Source: Oceanomicrobium sp. (lineage in GTDB: Bacteria; Pseudomonadota; Alphaproteobacteria; Rhodobacterales; Rhodobacteraceae). Taken from it: a DNA stretch of 64,000 nt. Shown here piece after piece: positions 39,697 to 49,289 of the stretch. The notes below the pieces were generated by a model. That model was not told the origin of the DNA, ran no database searches, and worked only from the letters and a program-made list of their open reading frames with translations. Numbering within the stretch: the stretch's first letter is position 1; each line of letters begins with the position of its first letter. The translations under genes were made by a program, and so were the position numbers. The DNA lies in assembly GCA_031415055.1 (NCBI GenBank), contig JANOQZ010000043.1, positions 2,612 to 66,611 on the forward strand, given 5' to 3'.

Positions 39697-39713
39697 CGCG
39701 GTTTGGAAGGACC

Positions 39714-41135
39714 ATGCGAAAGAAAACATTCGCACGCAATCTGGCTGCCAGTATCGTCAATTCCGTCTGGAATTTCGACGCCGTGGCGGCGGATTTGGCG
39801 GCCATCTTGCCGCGAAAACTGCGCTGGGCGGGTGGCGAATTGGCTGGCGACATATTATTCCGCTGCAAAACGCCCTATGCACCGCCGCTGCCGTTTTTGG
39901 TCATTTACATCGAGAAATCGAATGCGTTCCACAAAGTGTTCAACCAACTTTTGCAGCGTGGGTATTGGCCGCAAGAACAGGAGTCCTCGCCGGAGATGCG
40001 CCCGGTGCCAAGTTTTGCCGAATTGCCCATTCCCAGATTGGTGACCAGCGCGGCGCTGGCGGATTGGCTGCACCTTACGACCGAAGAATTGGATTATTTC
40101 GCCGACCGGCAAGGCCGCGTTGAAGAGGCAGAGGAAGTTCGCATCAACCACTATTTCTATCACATCCTTGCCAAAAAGTCTGGTGGGCAACGGCTGATCG
40201 AGGCACCAAAAGCCAGATTGAAAGCCATACAACGACAAATTTTGCACGATATTCTCGACAGAATTCCACCGCATGGCGACAGTTTTGGCTTTGTGGCGGG
40301 GCGCAATTGTATCGACGCGGCGCGACGGCATTGCGGCGAAAATGTGGTGGTCAGTTTTGATCTGAAATCGTTTTTCAACGCGGTGCCAAGCGCCCGTATT
40401 CATGCGATTTTTCGCTGCCTTGGCTATCCCTATCCGGTAGCACAGGCGATGACGGGATTGGTCAGTGTGCAGACGCCACAGCGGGTGTTGTTGCGGATGG
40501 CGGCGGATCTGCGCCCGTATTTGACCGCGCCGCATTTGCCACAAGGCGCACCGACATCGCCCGCTTTGGCCAGTGCAGCGGCTTTTGGGCTGGATCGGCG
40601 ATTGCGCGGCTTGGCGCGGCACTTGACGGCCAATTACAGTCGCTATGCCGATGATCTGACCTTTTCGGGCGACAGGTCGATTGTCGCGCCTTTGTTGGGG
40701 CTGGTGCCAGAAATTGTGCGCGACGAAGGGTTTGCGTTGAATGCGGCCAAGACTAGGGTGACAGCGAAACACGCCGCGCAGGTTGTGACCGGGATTGTGG
40801 TCAACGAGCATGTGAACGTGTCGCGCAGCGCCTTTGATCACTTGAAAGCGGTGATCCATGCTTGCGCGAAAAAGGGTGATCCGCGCCTTATGCAGCCCGA
40901 ATTCGTGGCGCGGATGCATGGCCAGATTGGCTGGGTTGAAGCGGTCAATCCGGCGCGGGGGATGAAGTTGAGGGCGAGGTGGGAGGGGTGTTGGTCCAAA
41001 GCGAAACGATTAGAAAATAATGTGCCATTCTGCGCCCGAAAAGGCGCGACGGTGCGCAGCACCGGGAAGGGGGTCCGGGGGACCCACCTCAGCGCCGTGG
41101 GCGAGACGCCCGCCAAGCCGGTGGTCTTGATGTGA
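39714..41135 (+). CDS. retron-type reverse transcriptase with long N-terminal extension
   Basis: Motifs in order: ...GGQRLIEAPKARLKAIQRQIL, AARRH, SFDLKSFFNAV, LPQGAPTSPALA, RYADDLTFSG (YADD at 40644-40655), VTGIVVN (40785-40805). Start taken at ATG 39714 (GGAAGG upstream). The track start 39666 lies inside a hairpin of the putative ncRNA. Confidence 0.85.
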   Translation: MRKKTFARNLAASIVNSVWNFDAVAADLAAILPRKLRWAGGELAGDILFRCKTPYAPPLPFLVIYIEKSNAFHKVFNQLLQRGYWPQEQESSPEMRPVPSFAELPIPRLVTSAALADWLHLTTEELDYFADRQGRVEEAEEVRINHYFYHILAKKSGGQRLIEAPKARLKAIQRQILHDILDRIPPHGDSFGFVAGRNCIDAARRHCGENVVVSFDLKSFFNAVPSARIHAIFRCLGYPYPVAQAMTGLVSVQTPQRVLLRMAADLRPYLTAPHLPQGAPTSPALASAAAFGLDRRLRGLARHLTANYSRYADDLTFSGDRSIVAPLLGLVPEIVRDEGFALNAAKTRVTAKHAAQVVTGIVVNEHVNVSRSAFDHLKAVIHACAKKGDPRLMQPEFVARMHGQIGWVEAVNPARGMKLRARWEGCWSKAKRLENNVPFCARKGATVRSTGKGVRGTHLSAVGETPAKPVVLM

Positions 41136-41148
41136 CCTATCGAGAGGG

Positions 41149-41310
41149 CAGTGCCTGACTGGGCAGGTGCGAAGCGCCTGCCGAATGGCAGTCAGGCGCT
41201 GGCCGACCGGCGGGGCCGCTCGTCCGGTATTCAGGGACAGGTCGTGGCCTCGAATTGCCACGGGTCAATTCGAGGGGTGAAAGGTGGGGGATTCGAACGG
41301 AACCGCACCC
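41149..41310 (+). other. hairpin-rich segment immediately 3' of the RT gene
   Basis: Nested 12-bp + 9-bp stem (41149-41201), a perfect 10-bp stem CCTCGAATTG/CAATTCGAGG (41248-41275), and a 7-bp stem around GATTCGAACGGAA (41283-41309). Confidence 0.5.
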
Positions 41311-41391
41311 GATCTCGTAAAGTATTTTGGTTTTTCGCAATACAACGATATACGCCCCTATACGCCGATAAACTTTATATACTTTCCGGAC

Positions 41392-41420
41392 AAAAAGCCC
41401 GGCGTTTCCCCCGGGCTTTT
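41392..41420. terminator. bidirectional rho-independent terminator
   Basis: AAAAAGCCCGG-CGTTTCCC-CCGGGCTTTT. It serves the convergent BMP lipoprotein gene (stop 41441) and the RT locus. Confidence 0.7.
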
Positions 41421-41440
41421 CAATTTCAAATCAGGCCCAA

Positions 41441-42526
41441 TCAGGCGGGAATATCACCCTCGATGCCTTCGACATAGAATCCCATCCCGGCCAATGTGCC
41501 GTCGTCGATGACGGCTCCTGCCGCAAGAAACTCGCTGCCGTCCTGCTTATTCAGAGGGCCAGTGAACGGGTGGTAGCTTTTGTCGGTGATCGCGGCCATC
41601 AGCGCTTCGGCTTCGGCTTTCACGTCGGCGGGCACCACGGCGTTGATCGGGGCGATGACGACGCCGCCTTCACCCATTCCGTCCCAAGTATCGGATTGCG
41701 CCCAAGTGCCGTCCATCACTGCCTTGACCCGGCGTGAATAATACGGACCCCAATTGTCGACAATCGAGGTCAGGCAGGTGTTCGGGCCGAACTGGCCCAT
41801 GTCGGACGCCTGGCCGAACGAGAAGATGCCCTTTTCCTCGGCAATCGTCACTGGCGCGGTGGAATCGGTGTGCTGCATGATCACATCACACCCCTGTTCG
41901 ATCAGGGCATTGGCGGCGTCGGCTTCTTTCTCGGGGTCAAACCAGGTGAAAGCCCAGACGATCTTGAACTGCACCGCCGGGTTGACCTTTTTGGCGTGGA
42001 TATAGGCCGCGTTGATGCCCATCACCACTTCGGGGATCGGGAACGAGGCGATGTAGCCAACGGTGTTGGACTTGGTCATCCGACCCGCCATGGTGCCGAT
42101 AACAGCGCGGCCTTCGTAGAAGCGCGCGTTGTAGGTGGCGACATTGGCATGATCGCGTTTGTAGCCGGTGGCGTGTTCGAATTTCACGTCGGGGAATTTG
42201 GCGGCGACGGCGTTGGTGGCGTCCATATAGCCAAACGAGGTGGTGAAGATGATGTTGGCGCCGTCCAGCGCCATTTGTGTCAGCACCCGTTCGGCATCAG
42301 CCCCTTCGGGCACGCTTTCAACGAACACGGTTTCTACCGCGTCGCCGAGATCGGCCTCGACCTGCTGACGGCCCTGATCGTGCTGGAACGACCAGCCAAG
42401 GTCGCCGACGGGGCCGACATAGATGAAACCGGCCTTGACCATGCCGTGGCTTTCGGCCAAAGCGGGCATTGCAGCAACGGCCAGCGCAGCACCCGCACTG
42501 GTTGCTAAGAAATCGCGTCTATTCAT
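41441..42526 (-). CDS. BMP-family (basic membrane protein) ABC substrate-binding protein, nucleoside type
   Basis: TAT-type signal MNRRDFLATSAGAALAVAAMPALA. BMP/PnrA-like pattern. Confidence 0.9.
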   Translation of the reverse strand: MNRRDFLATSAGAALAVAAMPALAESHGMVKAGFIYVGPVGDLGWSFQHDQGRQQVEADLGDAVETVFVESVPEGADAERVLTQMALDGANIIFTTSFGYMDATNAVAAKFPDVKFEHATGYKRDHANVATYNARFYEGRAVIGTMAGRMTKSNTVGYIASFPIPEVVMGINAAYIHAKKVNPAVQFKIVWAFTWFDPEKEADAANALIEQGCDVIMQHTDSTAPVTIAEEKGIFSFGQASDMGQFGPNTCLTSIVDNWGPYYSRRVKAVMDGTWAQSDTWDGMGEGGVVIAPINAVVPADVKAEAEALMAAITDKSYHPFTGPLNKQDGSEFLAAGAVIDDGTLAGMGFYVEGIEGDIPA

Positions 42527-42577
42527 TGGTATTCCTCCAGATTTAGCGGGCCTTTGTGGCCCTGTTGATATGTAGCC

Positions 42578-43510
42578 TCAATGCGAGGCATGGAAACTTT
42601 GCCCTAGTGCGGCGGGGGCGTCGTTGCGCGACTTGCCGCGTCGGGCGGATATGATGACCAGCACCAGTGTGGTTATCAGATACGGCGACATCGACAAGTA
42701 TTCCACTGGAATCGAAACGCCCGCTGCTTGCAGGTTGAGTTGCAGTACTTTGACCCCGCCGAAAAGGTAGGCACCTAGCAAAACGCGGCCGGATTTCCAT
42801 GAGGCGAAAACCACGATGGCAAGGGCGATCCAGCCGGAACCGGCGGTCATGCCCTCGGTCCATTGCGGGACACGGACGAGAGATAAGTATGCGCCACCAA
42901 GGCCCGCCATGGCACCGCCAAAGGCGATGGCGGCAAGGCGGATGGCAACAACCGGATAGCCAAGCGCGTGGGCGGCGTCGTGGTTTTCGCCGACCGCACG
43001 CAGCACCATGCCGCTGCGGGTGCGGGTGAGGAAATACCAGATGGCCCAGACCATGAAAATGGAAAAGTATACCAGCGCGTCGTGGCGGAACAGGATGGGG
43101 CCAAGGAACGGAATGTCGGAGAGCAACGGTATTTCGATTTTCGGCGCGGTGGTGGATTTGATGCCGGTGTAAGATTGGCCAAGCAGGGCAGAAAGGCCAA
43201 GGCCGAACAGGGTCAGGGCAAGGCCGGTGGCGACTTGGTTGGAGAGCAAATATTGCGTCAACACGCCAAACAACATGGAAATGGCCGCCCCGGCCAAAGC
43301 GGCGGCGAGGAAACCGATGTAGGGCGAACCGGTCTGGATGGCCGCGATGAAACCGGCGACCGCTCCGGTGATCATCATGCCTTCGACACCCAGATTGAGG
43401 ACGCCCGCGCGTTCAACGACCAGTTCGCCAAGGGCGGCGAGCAGGATGGGCGTCGATGCCACCATTAAGGCGGCGAGCAGCAGGGTGGGCGAGATCGTTG
43501 ACAGGTCCAT
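42578..43510 (-). CDS. ABC transporter permease (BMP-system)
   Basis: Polytopic membrane protein. Its start overlaps the upstream permease stop by 1 nt. Confidence 0.9.
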   Translation of the reverse strand: MDLSTISPTLLLAALMVASTPILLAALGELVVERAGVLNLGVEGMMITGAVAGFIAAIQTGSPYIGFLAAALAGAAISMLFGVLTQYLLSNQVATGLALTLFGLGLSALLGQSYTGIKSTTAPKIEIPLLSDIPFLGPILFRHDALVYFSIFMVWAIWYFLTRTRSGMVLRAVGENHDAAHALGYPVVAIRLAAIAFGGAMAGLGGAYLSLVRVPQWTEGMTAGSGWIALAIVVFASWKSGRVLLGAYLFGGVKVLQLNLQAAGVSIPVEYLSMSPYLITTLVLVIISARRGKSRNDAPAALGQSFHASH

Positions 43511-44586
43511 CAGGCGACCTTTCTGCCGACGATGCGGTAGGTCGAGAATACATCCAGCGCCAACAGAAAGAATAGCAGCATGCCTTGAAACACCAAAATG
43601 GCGGCGGCGGGCAGACCCAACGATGACTTGGCGATGTCGCCGCCGATATAGGTCAGCGCCATCAGCAGGCCCGCCAAAAGGATGCCAATGGGGTTCAAGC
43701 GGCCAAGGAAGGCGACGATGATTGCGGTGAAGCCGTAGCCTTGGTTGAAATCAATAGAGATTTGCCCGGCGGGGCCGGTGACTTCGAACAGGCCAGCAAG
43801 GCCCGCCAGTGCGCCGGAAAAACCCATGCAGATCAACACCATGCGGTTTGGATTGACACCGGCAAAGCGTGCGGCGCGTGGGGCTTGACCGGACAGGCGG
43901 ATGGCGAAGCCAAGCTGGTGGCGGGTTAGAATGACATAAGTGAAAATGACTGCGATTACGGCGGCAATCACGCCCCAGTGGAGGCCGGTTCCGGGCCATA
44001 TTTCCAGATTGGCGACCGATGGATACTGCGACAGGTTGCGGCTACCGGGGAAACCGAAACCTTCGGGGTTTTTCAGCAATCCCAGCGACATCGAGGCAAG
44101 TATGTTTTCGGCGACATAAACCAGCATCAGCGAGACGAGGATTTCCGAGGTGCCAAAGCGGGTGCGCAAATAGCCGGGTATCAAGGCCCAGACCATGCCG
44201 CCGAAAGCGCCGCCGATGATTGCCAACGGGAACAGCAGGCGCGTGTCGAGCGGGTAGAAGGCAAGGGCGATGCCAGCACCGGTAATCGCCCCGATGATGT
44301 ATTGACCCTCGGCCCCGATGTTCCAGATACCGGCACGAAAACCCAAAGCTAGGCCGGTGGCAATGAGAATGAGCGGCGCGGCTTTGACCGGCAATTGCGA
44401 GCGGTAATAGAAGGCGTTTTGACCGAATAACGGTTCCCAGAAGATGGTGCGAATGACCTCGAACGGGTCTTTGCCCATCGCGGCGAAAAGCACGCCACCG
44501 GCAAACATTGTCAGAACGACGGCGATGATCGGCGTCGTTGCCAGCAACAAGTTTGACGGGGCGCGGCGTCGTTCAAGCCGCAGCAT
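43510..44586 (-). CDS. ABC transporter permease (BMP-system)
   Basis: Polytopic membrane protein in the same operon. Confidence 0.9.
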   Translation of the reverse strand: MLRLERRRAPSNLLLATTPIIAVVLTMFAGGVLFAAMGKDPFEVIRTIFWEPLFGQNAFYYRSQLPVKAAPLILIATGLALGFRAGIWNIGAEGQYIIGAITGAGIALAFYPLDTRLLFPLAIIGGAFGGMVWALIPGYLRTRFGTSEILVSLMLVYVAENILASMSLGLLKNPEGFGFPGSRNLSQYPSVANLEIWPGTGLHWGVIAAVIAVIFTYVILTRHQLGFAIRLSGQAPRAARFAGVNPNRMVLICMGFSGALAGLAGLFEVTGPAGQISIDFNQGYGFTAIIVAFLGRLNPIGILLAGLLMALTYIGGDIAKSSLGLPAAAILVFQGMLLFFLLALDVFSTYRIVGRKVA

Positions 44587-46072
44587 GCTCGCCCCCCATC
44601 ATGCGACCGATGGATTCAACGCTTGCCTCGGCAACGGGTTGAATTTGGGACAGGCGACCGTTGGCGAGGACGGCGAATGTATCGGACAATTCCATCAGTT
44701 CGTCGAGGTCTTGGGATATGACCAGAACGGCAGCGCCGTGTTCGGCAAGACTGCGCAACGCTTGACGGATTGACGCGGCAGCGGCGGCGTCAACACCCCA
44801 AGTTGGTTGGTTGACGACCAACACGCTGGGTCGTTGCAGAATTTCGCGGCCAATTACAAATTTTTGCAGGTTGCCACCGGAAAGCGCGCGGGCAAGGCTG
44901 CCTATTCCGGGGGTGCGCACGTCAAAAATTTTGATGATTTTTTCGGTGAAATTATCGCGGTTTTTGCCCTGAATCAGACCATTTTTGGTCAGTTTTTCGC
45001 GGGTTTTCGCGGTGAGAAAGGCGTTTTCAGTCAGGCTCATATCAGGGGCGGCGGCGTGGCCTAGCCGTTCCTCGGGTGCGCAAAGCAACCCGAAGGCCCG
45101 GCGTTGGTTGGGGCCAAGAGGCGAGACATCGTGGGCCTGGATTCTGACCGAACCCGTTGCGGTTTCGCGTTCGCCCGAAAGCGCCAACATCAATTCGTCT
45201 TGGCCGTTGCCAGCAACGCCAGCGATGCCAAGGACTTCACCGGAATGCAGCATCAGGTCAATGGATTTCAGGCTGGTGCCGAAATGACTTTCTGAGGCGA
45301 GTGACAGGTTCTGCAACGAAAGCGCCACAGGTCCGGCTTGGAAATGGCGAGGCGCATAACGGGCGAGTTCGCCGCCGATCATCATTTCGGCGAGGGATTT
45401 GGCATTTTGATCGCGCGGGGTGCACGTGGCGACGACTTTACCACCGCGCAGGATCGTCGCGCGGTCGCAAAGGGTGCGGATTTCGTCGAGTTTGTGCGAA
45501 ATATACAGGATGGCCACGCCTTCCGAAGCAAGTTTCCGTAGGGTCTTGAACAGGGTTTCCACCTCTTGTGGCGTCAGGACCGAGGTCGGTTCGTCCATAA
45601 TCAACAGACGCGGGTTTTGCAGCAGGCAACGGATGATTTCCACGCGTTGGCGTTCACCGGCGGAAAGTTCGCCGATCAATCTGGAAGGTTCGAGCGGAAG
45701 GCCATAAGCCGCGCTGACGTCGCGGATTTTCGGTGCAAGCTCGCGCAGTTTTGGCGGGTTTTCCATCCCCAAGGCGATGTTTTCGGCCACCGACATCGCC
45801 TCAAACAACGAGAAATGTTGGAAAACCATGGCGACGCCGGATTTGCGGGCGGCACTGGGGTTTGCAGGATGATAGGGTTGATCGTGCAGTTCCATCGTAC
45901 CGCTGTCGGGTTGGACAAGGCCATAGATCACCTTGACCATTGTCGATTTGCCCGCGCCGTTTTCGCCAAGCAGCGCATGGATTTCGCCGGGATCGATGGA
46001 AAAGCTGACGTCGGAATTGGCGATCACGCCCGGATAGGCCTTGGTGACGTTGCTGATCGTCAGCAAACTCAT
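44573..46072 (-). CDS. ABC transporter ATP-binding protein (tandem NBDs)
   Basis: GENGAGKST Walker A, LSAGERQR signature, and a second NBD with LSGGNLQK. Confidence 0.93.
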   Translation of the reverse strand: MSLLTISNVTKAYPGVIANSDVSFSIDPGEIHALLGENGAGKSTMVKVIYGLVQPDSGTMELHDQPYHPANPSAARKSGVAMVFQHFSLFEAMSVAENIALGMENPPKLRELAPKIRDVSAAYGLPLEPSRLIGELSAGERQRVEIIRCLLQNPRLLIMDEPTSVLTPQEVETLFKTLRKLASEGVAILYISHKLDEIRTLCDRATILRGGKVVATCTPRDQNAKSLAEMMIGGELARYAPRHFQAGPVALSLQNLSLASESHFGTSLKSIDLMLHSGEVLGIAGVAGNGQDELMLALSGERETATGSVRIQAHDVSPLGPNQRRAFGLLCAPEERLGHAAAPDMSLTENAFLTAKTREKLTKNGLIQGKNRDNFTEKIIKIFDVRTPGIGSLARALSGGNLQKFVIGREILQRPSVLVVNQPTWGVDAAAAASIRQALRSLAEHGAAVLVISQDLDELMELSDTFAVLANGRLSQIQPVAEASVESIGRMMGGEHAAA

Positions 46073-47025
46073 GCGTATCGTTCCCCCGATTGGCCGTGCT
46101 CTGCGGCGCGGGCCTGATCTTGCAATAGCGCGACGGCAAGGCCGACGGCAATGGCGGCAGGGTGTTTGCCGAGGGATTTGTTGCCGAGCGGGCAGATGAT
46201 GCGGGCGATTTGTTGGTCGCTGTGACCAAGGGTCTTGAGGCGACTGGTGAAGCGGGCGCGCTTGCTGGCGGAACCGATGAGGTGGAGCTGGGCGAAGGGG
46301 CGGTTGAGAATGCGGTGGCAGAGTTCAAGGTCGAGCGCATGGGAATAGGTCAGGATGATGTGGATGGCGTCGTTGGGGGCATGGCGGACGGCATCGGCGG
46401 GGTTGGCGGCGACCAGCATTGTGGCTTGGGGGGTATCGGGGAAACGGTCGCGGGTTGTGTCGATCCAGGTGATTTGGAAGGGCAGGTCCTGGAACGTATG
46501 CACGATAGCGCGACCGACATGGCCAGCGCCGTAAAGCCAGAGGGGGGTAAGGGGGGTGGTGAGAGGTTCAAGGAACCAGTTCGCGGTTGTCTGTGGGGTC
46601 ATGGGGGTGCCGGATCGGGTGCGGCGAAGTGCGGCTTTTACTGTGAGCGGAGGTTCATGGCTGCCAGAGGCGAGGGACCGCGCGTAGAGGCCGGTTGCGG
46701 GGATGGTGGCGAGTTCGCTGGCGGTCAGGCGTTCCAGCAATAAGCGGACCATGCCGCCACAACATTGGCCGAGTGCGGGGCCGAGGGGCAGGGTCCGGGT
46801 TTGGCGGGTGAAGGGTTCGGTGCTGGCCAACATTGCACGGGCGTGGGTTGTGGCTTCGTGTTCAAGTGCGCCACCGCCGATGGTGCCGGATTGGCCGGTT
46901 TGCCAGACAAGCATGGCGGTGCCGGTTTCGCGTGGGGTCGAGCCGTCGTAGCTGGTGATGACGATACGAGTGACGGTGCCATGGGCGGCGATTGCGGCGG
47001 CGAGTTCGGGGCGGTTGAGGCTCAT
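46069..47025 (-). CDS. xdhC: xanthine dehydrogenase accessory protein XdhC
   Basis: XdhC/CoxI pattern, positioned directly after xdhB. Confidence 0.85.
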   Translation of the reverse strand: MSLNRPELAAAIAAHGTVTRIVITSYDGSTPRETGTAMLVWQTGQSGTIGGGALEHEATTHARAMLASTEPFTRQTRTLPLGPALGQCCGGMVRLLLERLTASELATIPATGLYARSLASGSHEPPLTVKAALRRTRSGTPMTPQTTANWFLEPLTTPLTPLWLYGAGHVGRAIVHTFQDLPFQITWIDTTRDRFPDTPQATMLVAANPADAVRHAPNDAIHIILTYSHALDLELCHRILNRPFAQLHLIGSASKRARFTSRLKTLGHSDQQIARIICPLGNKSLGKHPAAIAVGLAVALLQDQARAAEHGQSGERYA

Positions 47026-49289
47026 TTTCCCCTCGCGGTCAGGGCCTTGAGCAGGCGTTCGGGCGTGGCGGGCGCGTCGAGTGCGGTGTAGGGGCCGGGG
47101 GTGGAATTGACGGCATCCGACAGCGCCATGAGGGCGGAAATGGCCAGCATCAACGGCGGCTCGCCGACCGCTTTTGATCTATGGATGGTTTTCTCGCGGT
47201 TGGCACCGTCCCAGAGGGCGACGTTGAATTCTTTTGGGCGGTCGGAACAGGCCGGGATTTTGTAGGTGCTGGGGGCGTGGGTTTTGAGGGCACCTTTGGC
47301 ATCCCAGACCAGTTCCTCGGTGGTCAGCCAGCCCGCGCCTTGCACGTAGCCGCCCTCGATCTGGCCGATGTCGATGGCGGGGTTGAGCGAGTTACCAACG
47401 TCATGCAGGATGTCGGTGCGCAGGATGCGGTTCTCGCCGGTCAGCGTGTCGAGGATCACCTCGGTGACGGCAGCGCCATAGGCAAAATAATAGAACGGGC
47501 GGCCTTTGCCGGTTTTGTGTTCCCACCGGATTTTCGGGGTGGAATAAAAGCCGGTGGCGGAAAGCTGAATGCGAGCGAGATAGGCCTTGTGGATGAGCTC
47601 GTTAAAGGAGATTTCGGTTGCGCCAATCGCGACTTGGCCGTTGGCAAAGGCGATGGCGGTTTTTGGAACTTTCCAAACTCGAGCAGCGAAATCGACCAAC
47701 CGGTCACGGATGGTTTCGCAGGCGGCTTTGCAGGCCATGCCGTTGAGATCGGCGCCCGATGACGCCGCTGTGGCGGAGGTATTAGGTACTTTGCTGGTGT
47801 CGGTGGCGGTGATCTTGATATTGGCAGTGGTCAACCCGAATACATCGGCGGCGACTTGGGCCACCTTGATGTGCAGCCCTTGCCCCATTTCGGTGCCGCC
47901 GTGGTTCAATTGGACGGAACCATCGGCATAGACATGGACCAAGGCTCCGGCCTGGTTGAGAATCGTGTTCGTAAAGGAAATGCCGAATTTAACCGGTGTA
48001 AGCGCGATGCCGCGTTTGAGGATGGCACTGGTGGCGTTGAAGGCCGCGATTTCTTTTCGTCGAGTGGCATAGTCGGCAGTTTTTGCCAGTTTATCAATCA
48101 GTTGCGGGGCAATGTTGTCTTCAACTTGCATGTGATACGGCGTCGTGTCGCGGGCTGGGCCATAAAGATTCGCGCGGCGCACTTCGAGCGGATCGAGGTT
48201 CAAGGTCGCCGCGATATGATCCATCACCCGCTCTATCCCCAGCATGCCTTGCGGGCCTCCGAAGCCACGAAAGGCAGTGTTGGAGCAGGTGTTGGTTTTC
48301 AGGCGATGTGAGGTAATACGGACATTCGGAAGGTAATAGGCATTGTCGGCATGCAGCATGGCGCGGTCGGCGATGGCGAGGGACAGGTCTTGCGCCCAGC
48401 CGCAGCGGGCGAAGTGTTCAAATTCAATGGCTTGCAGGCGACCCTTCGCGTCAAATCCGGCATGGTATTTGATGCGGAAATTGTGGCGCTTGCCGGTGAT
48501 GACCATATCGTCGTCGCGGTCGTAACGCATTTTCGTCGGTCGATTGGTCAGGCTAGCGGCGATGGCGCAAGCGACGGCAGGCGCGTTACCTTGGCTTTCC
48601 TTGCCGCCGAATCCGCCACCCATCCGTCGGGTTTCAACCCGGACCGCGTGGAAGGGTTTGCCAAGCGCTTCGGCGACCTTGTGCTGGATTTCGGTCGGGT
48701 GCTGGGTCGAGCAATGAACAAACATGTCGCCGCTGTCTTGCGGCAATGCAAAGGCGGCTTGGCCTTCGAGATAGAAGTGTTCTTGGCCGCCGATTTCGAT
48801 GGAGCCTTGGATTTGGTGGGGGGCGTTTTCGATTCCTGAGGGGTCGCCGTTTTGGAACACCATCGGTTGTTCGAATTGGGATTGGGCGGCGAGAGCGTCG
48901 TCGACGGTCAGGAGTGCGGGCAGGTCTTGGTAGGTGATTTTGGCCAGACGCGCGGCCTTGCGGGCGTTCAGGTGGCCGTCGGCAATCACGAGGAAAATCG
49001 GTTGGCCGTGGTAGAAAACTTCACCCTTGGCCAGCAGCGGTTCGTCGTGAACGGACGGACTTACGTCATTGGCGAACGGCAGGTCGGCGGCGGTCAGGAC
49101 GGCGTGCACGCCTTGGGATTGACGCACGGGATCAAGGTCAAGCTCGGTGATCGTGGCCCGCGCCCGCTCGGACAGGCCGAAGGCGAGGTGCAGCGTGTTG
49201 GCGGGAAGGCGGTGGTCGTCGGTGTAACGGGCGGCACCGCTGACATGCAGTGGGGCGGAATCATGCGGGATGGGCTGGCCGACGGTCAT
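47022..49289 (-). CDS. xdhB: xanthine dehydrogenase molybdopterin-binding subunit
   Basis: MTVGQPIPHDSAPLHVSGAARYTDD..., GGGFGGKE motif. ATG 49289 overlaps the xdhA stop. The upstream part of the track ORF is a shadow extension. Confidence 0.93.
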   Translation of the reverse strand: MTVGQPIPHDSAPLHVSGAARYTDDHRLPANTLHLAFGLSERARATITELDLDPVRQSQGVHAVLTAADLPFANDVSPSVHDEPLLAKGEVFYHGQPIFLVIADGHLNARKAARLAKITYQDLPALLTVDDALAAQSQFEQPMVFQNGDPSGIENAPHQIQGSIEIGGQEHFYLEGQAAFALPQDSGDMFVHCSTQHPTEIQHKVAEALGKPFHAVRVETRRMGGGFGGKESQGNAPAVACAIAASLTNRPTKMRYDRDDDMVITGKRHNFRIKYHAGFDAKGRLQAIEFEHFARCGWAQDLSLAIADRAMLHADNAYYLPNVRITSHRLKTNTCSNTAFRGFGGPQGMLGIERVMDHIAATLNLDPLEVRRANLYGPARDTTPYHMQVEDNIAPQLIDKLAKTADYATRRKEIAAFNATSAILKRGIALTPVKFGISFTNTILNQAGALVHVYADGSVQLNHGGTEMGQGLHIKVAQVAADVFGLTTANIKITATDTSKVPNTSATAASSGADLNGMACKAACETIRDRLVDFAARVWKVPKTAIAFANGQVAIGATEISFNELIHKAYLARIQLSATGFYSTPKIRWEHKTGKGRPFYYFAYGAAVTEVILDTLTGENRILRTDILHDVGNSLNPAIDIGQIEGGYVQGAGWLTTEELVWDAKGALKTHAPSTYKIPACSDRPKEFNVALWDGANREKTIHRSKAVGEPPLMLAISALMALSDAVNSTPGPYTALDAPATPERLLKALTARGK

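Noticed and set aside
39666-39713. ATG 39666 (ORF-track start) as the RT initiation codon.
   Set aside because: The codon is base-paired inside the 39631-39669 hairpin, and the 13-nt a1 arm lies within these 16 codons. ATG 39714 with GGAAGG upstream is more consistent with a separate ncRNA, though this is unproven.
39666-41135. RT as part of a group II intron or a diversity-generating retroelement.
   Set aside because: There is no maturase/X or endonuclease domain and no domain V/VI-like RNA. No template/variable repeat pair and no target or avd-like gene were seen nearby. The VTG motif and the upstream a1/a2-type inverted repeat point to a retron-type enzyme.
41283-41310. Possible tRNA or tmRNA gene or fragment (GGGGGATTCGAAC; minus strand TTCGAATCCCCCACC).
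   Set aside because: No complementary 5' T-stem, no D or anticodon arms, no CCA, and no alphaproteobacterial tag-peptide reading frame nearby. At most it is a roughly 20-nt 3' fragment, so it is not called as an RNA gene.
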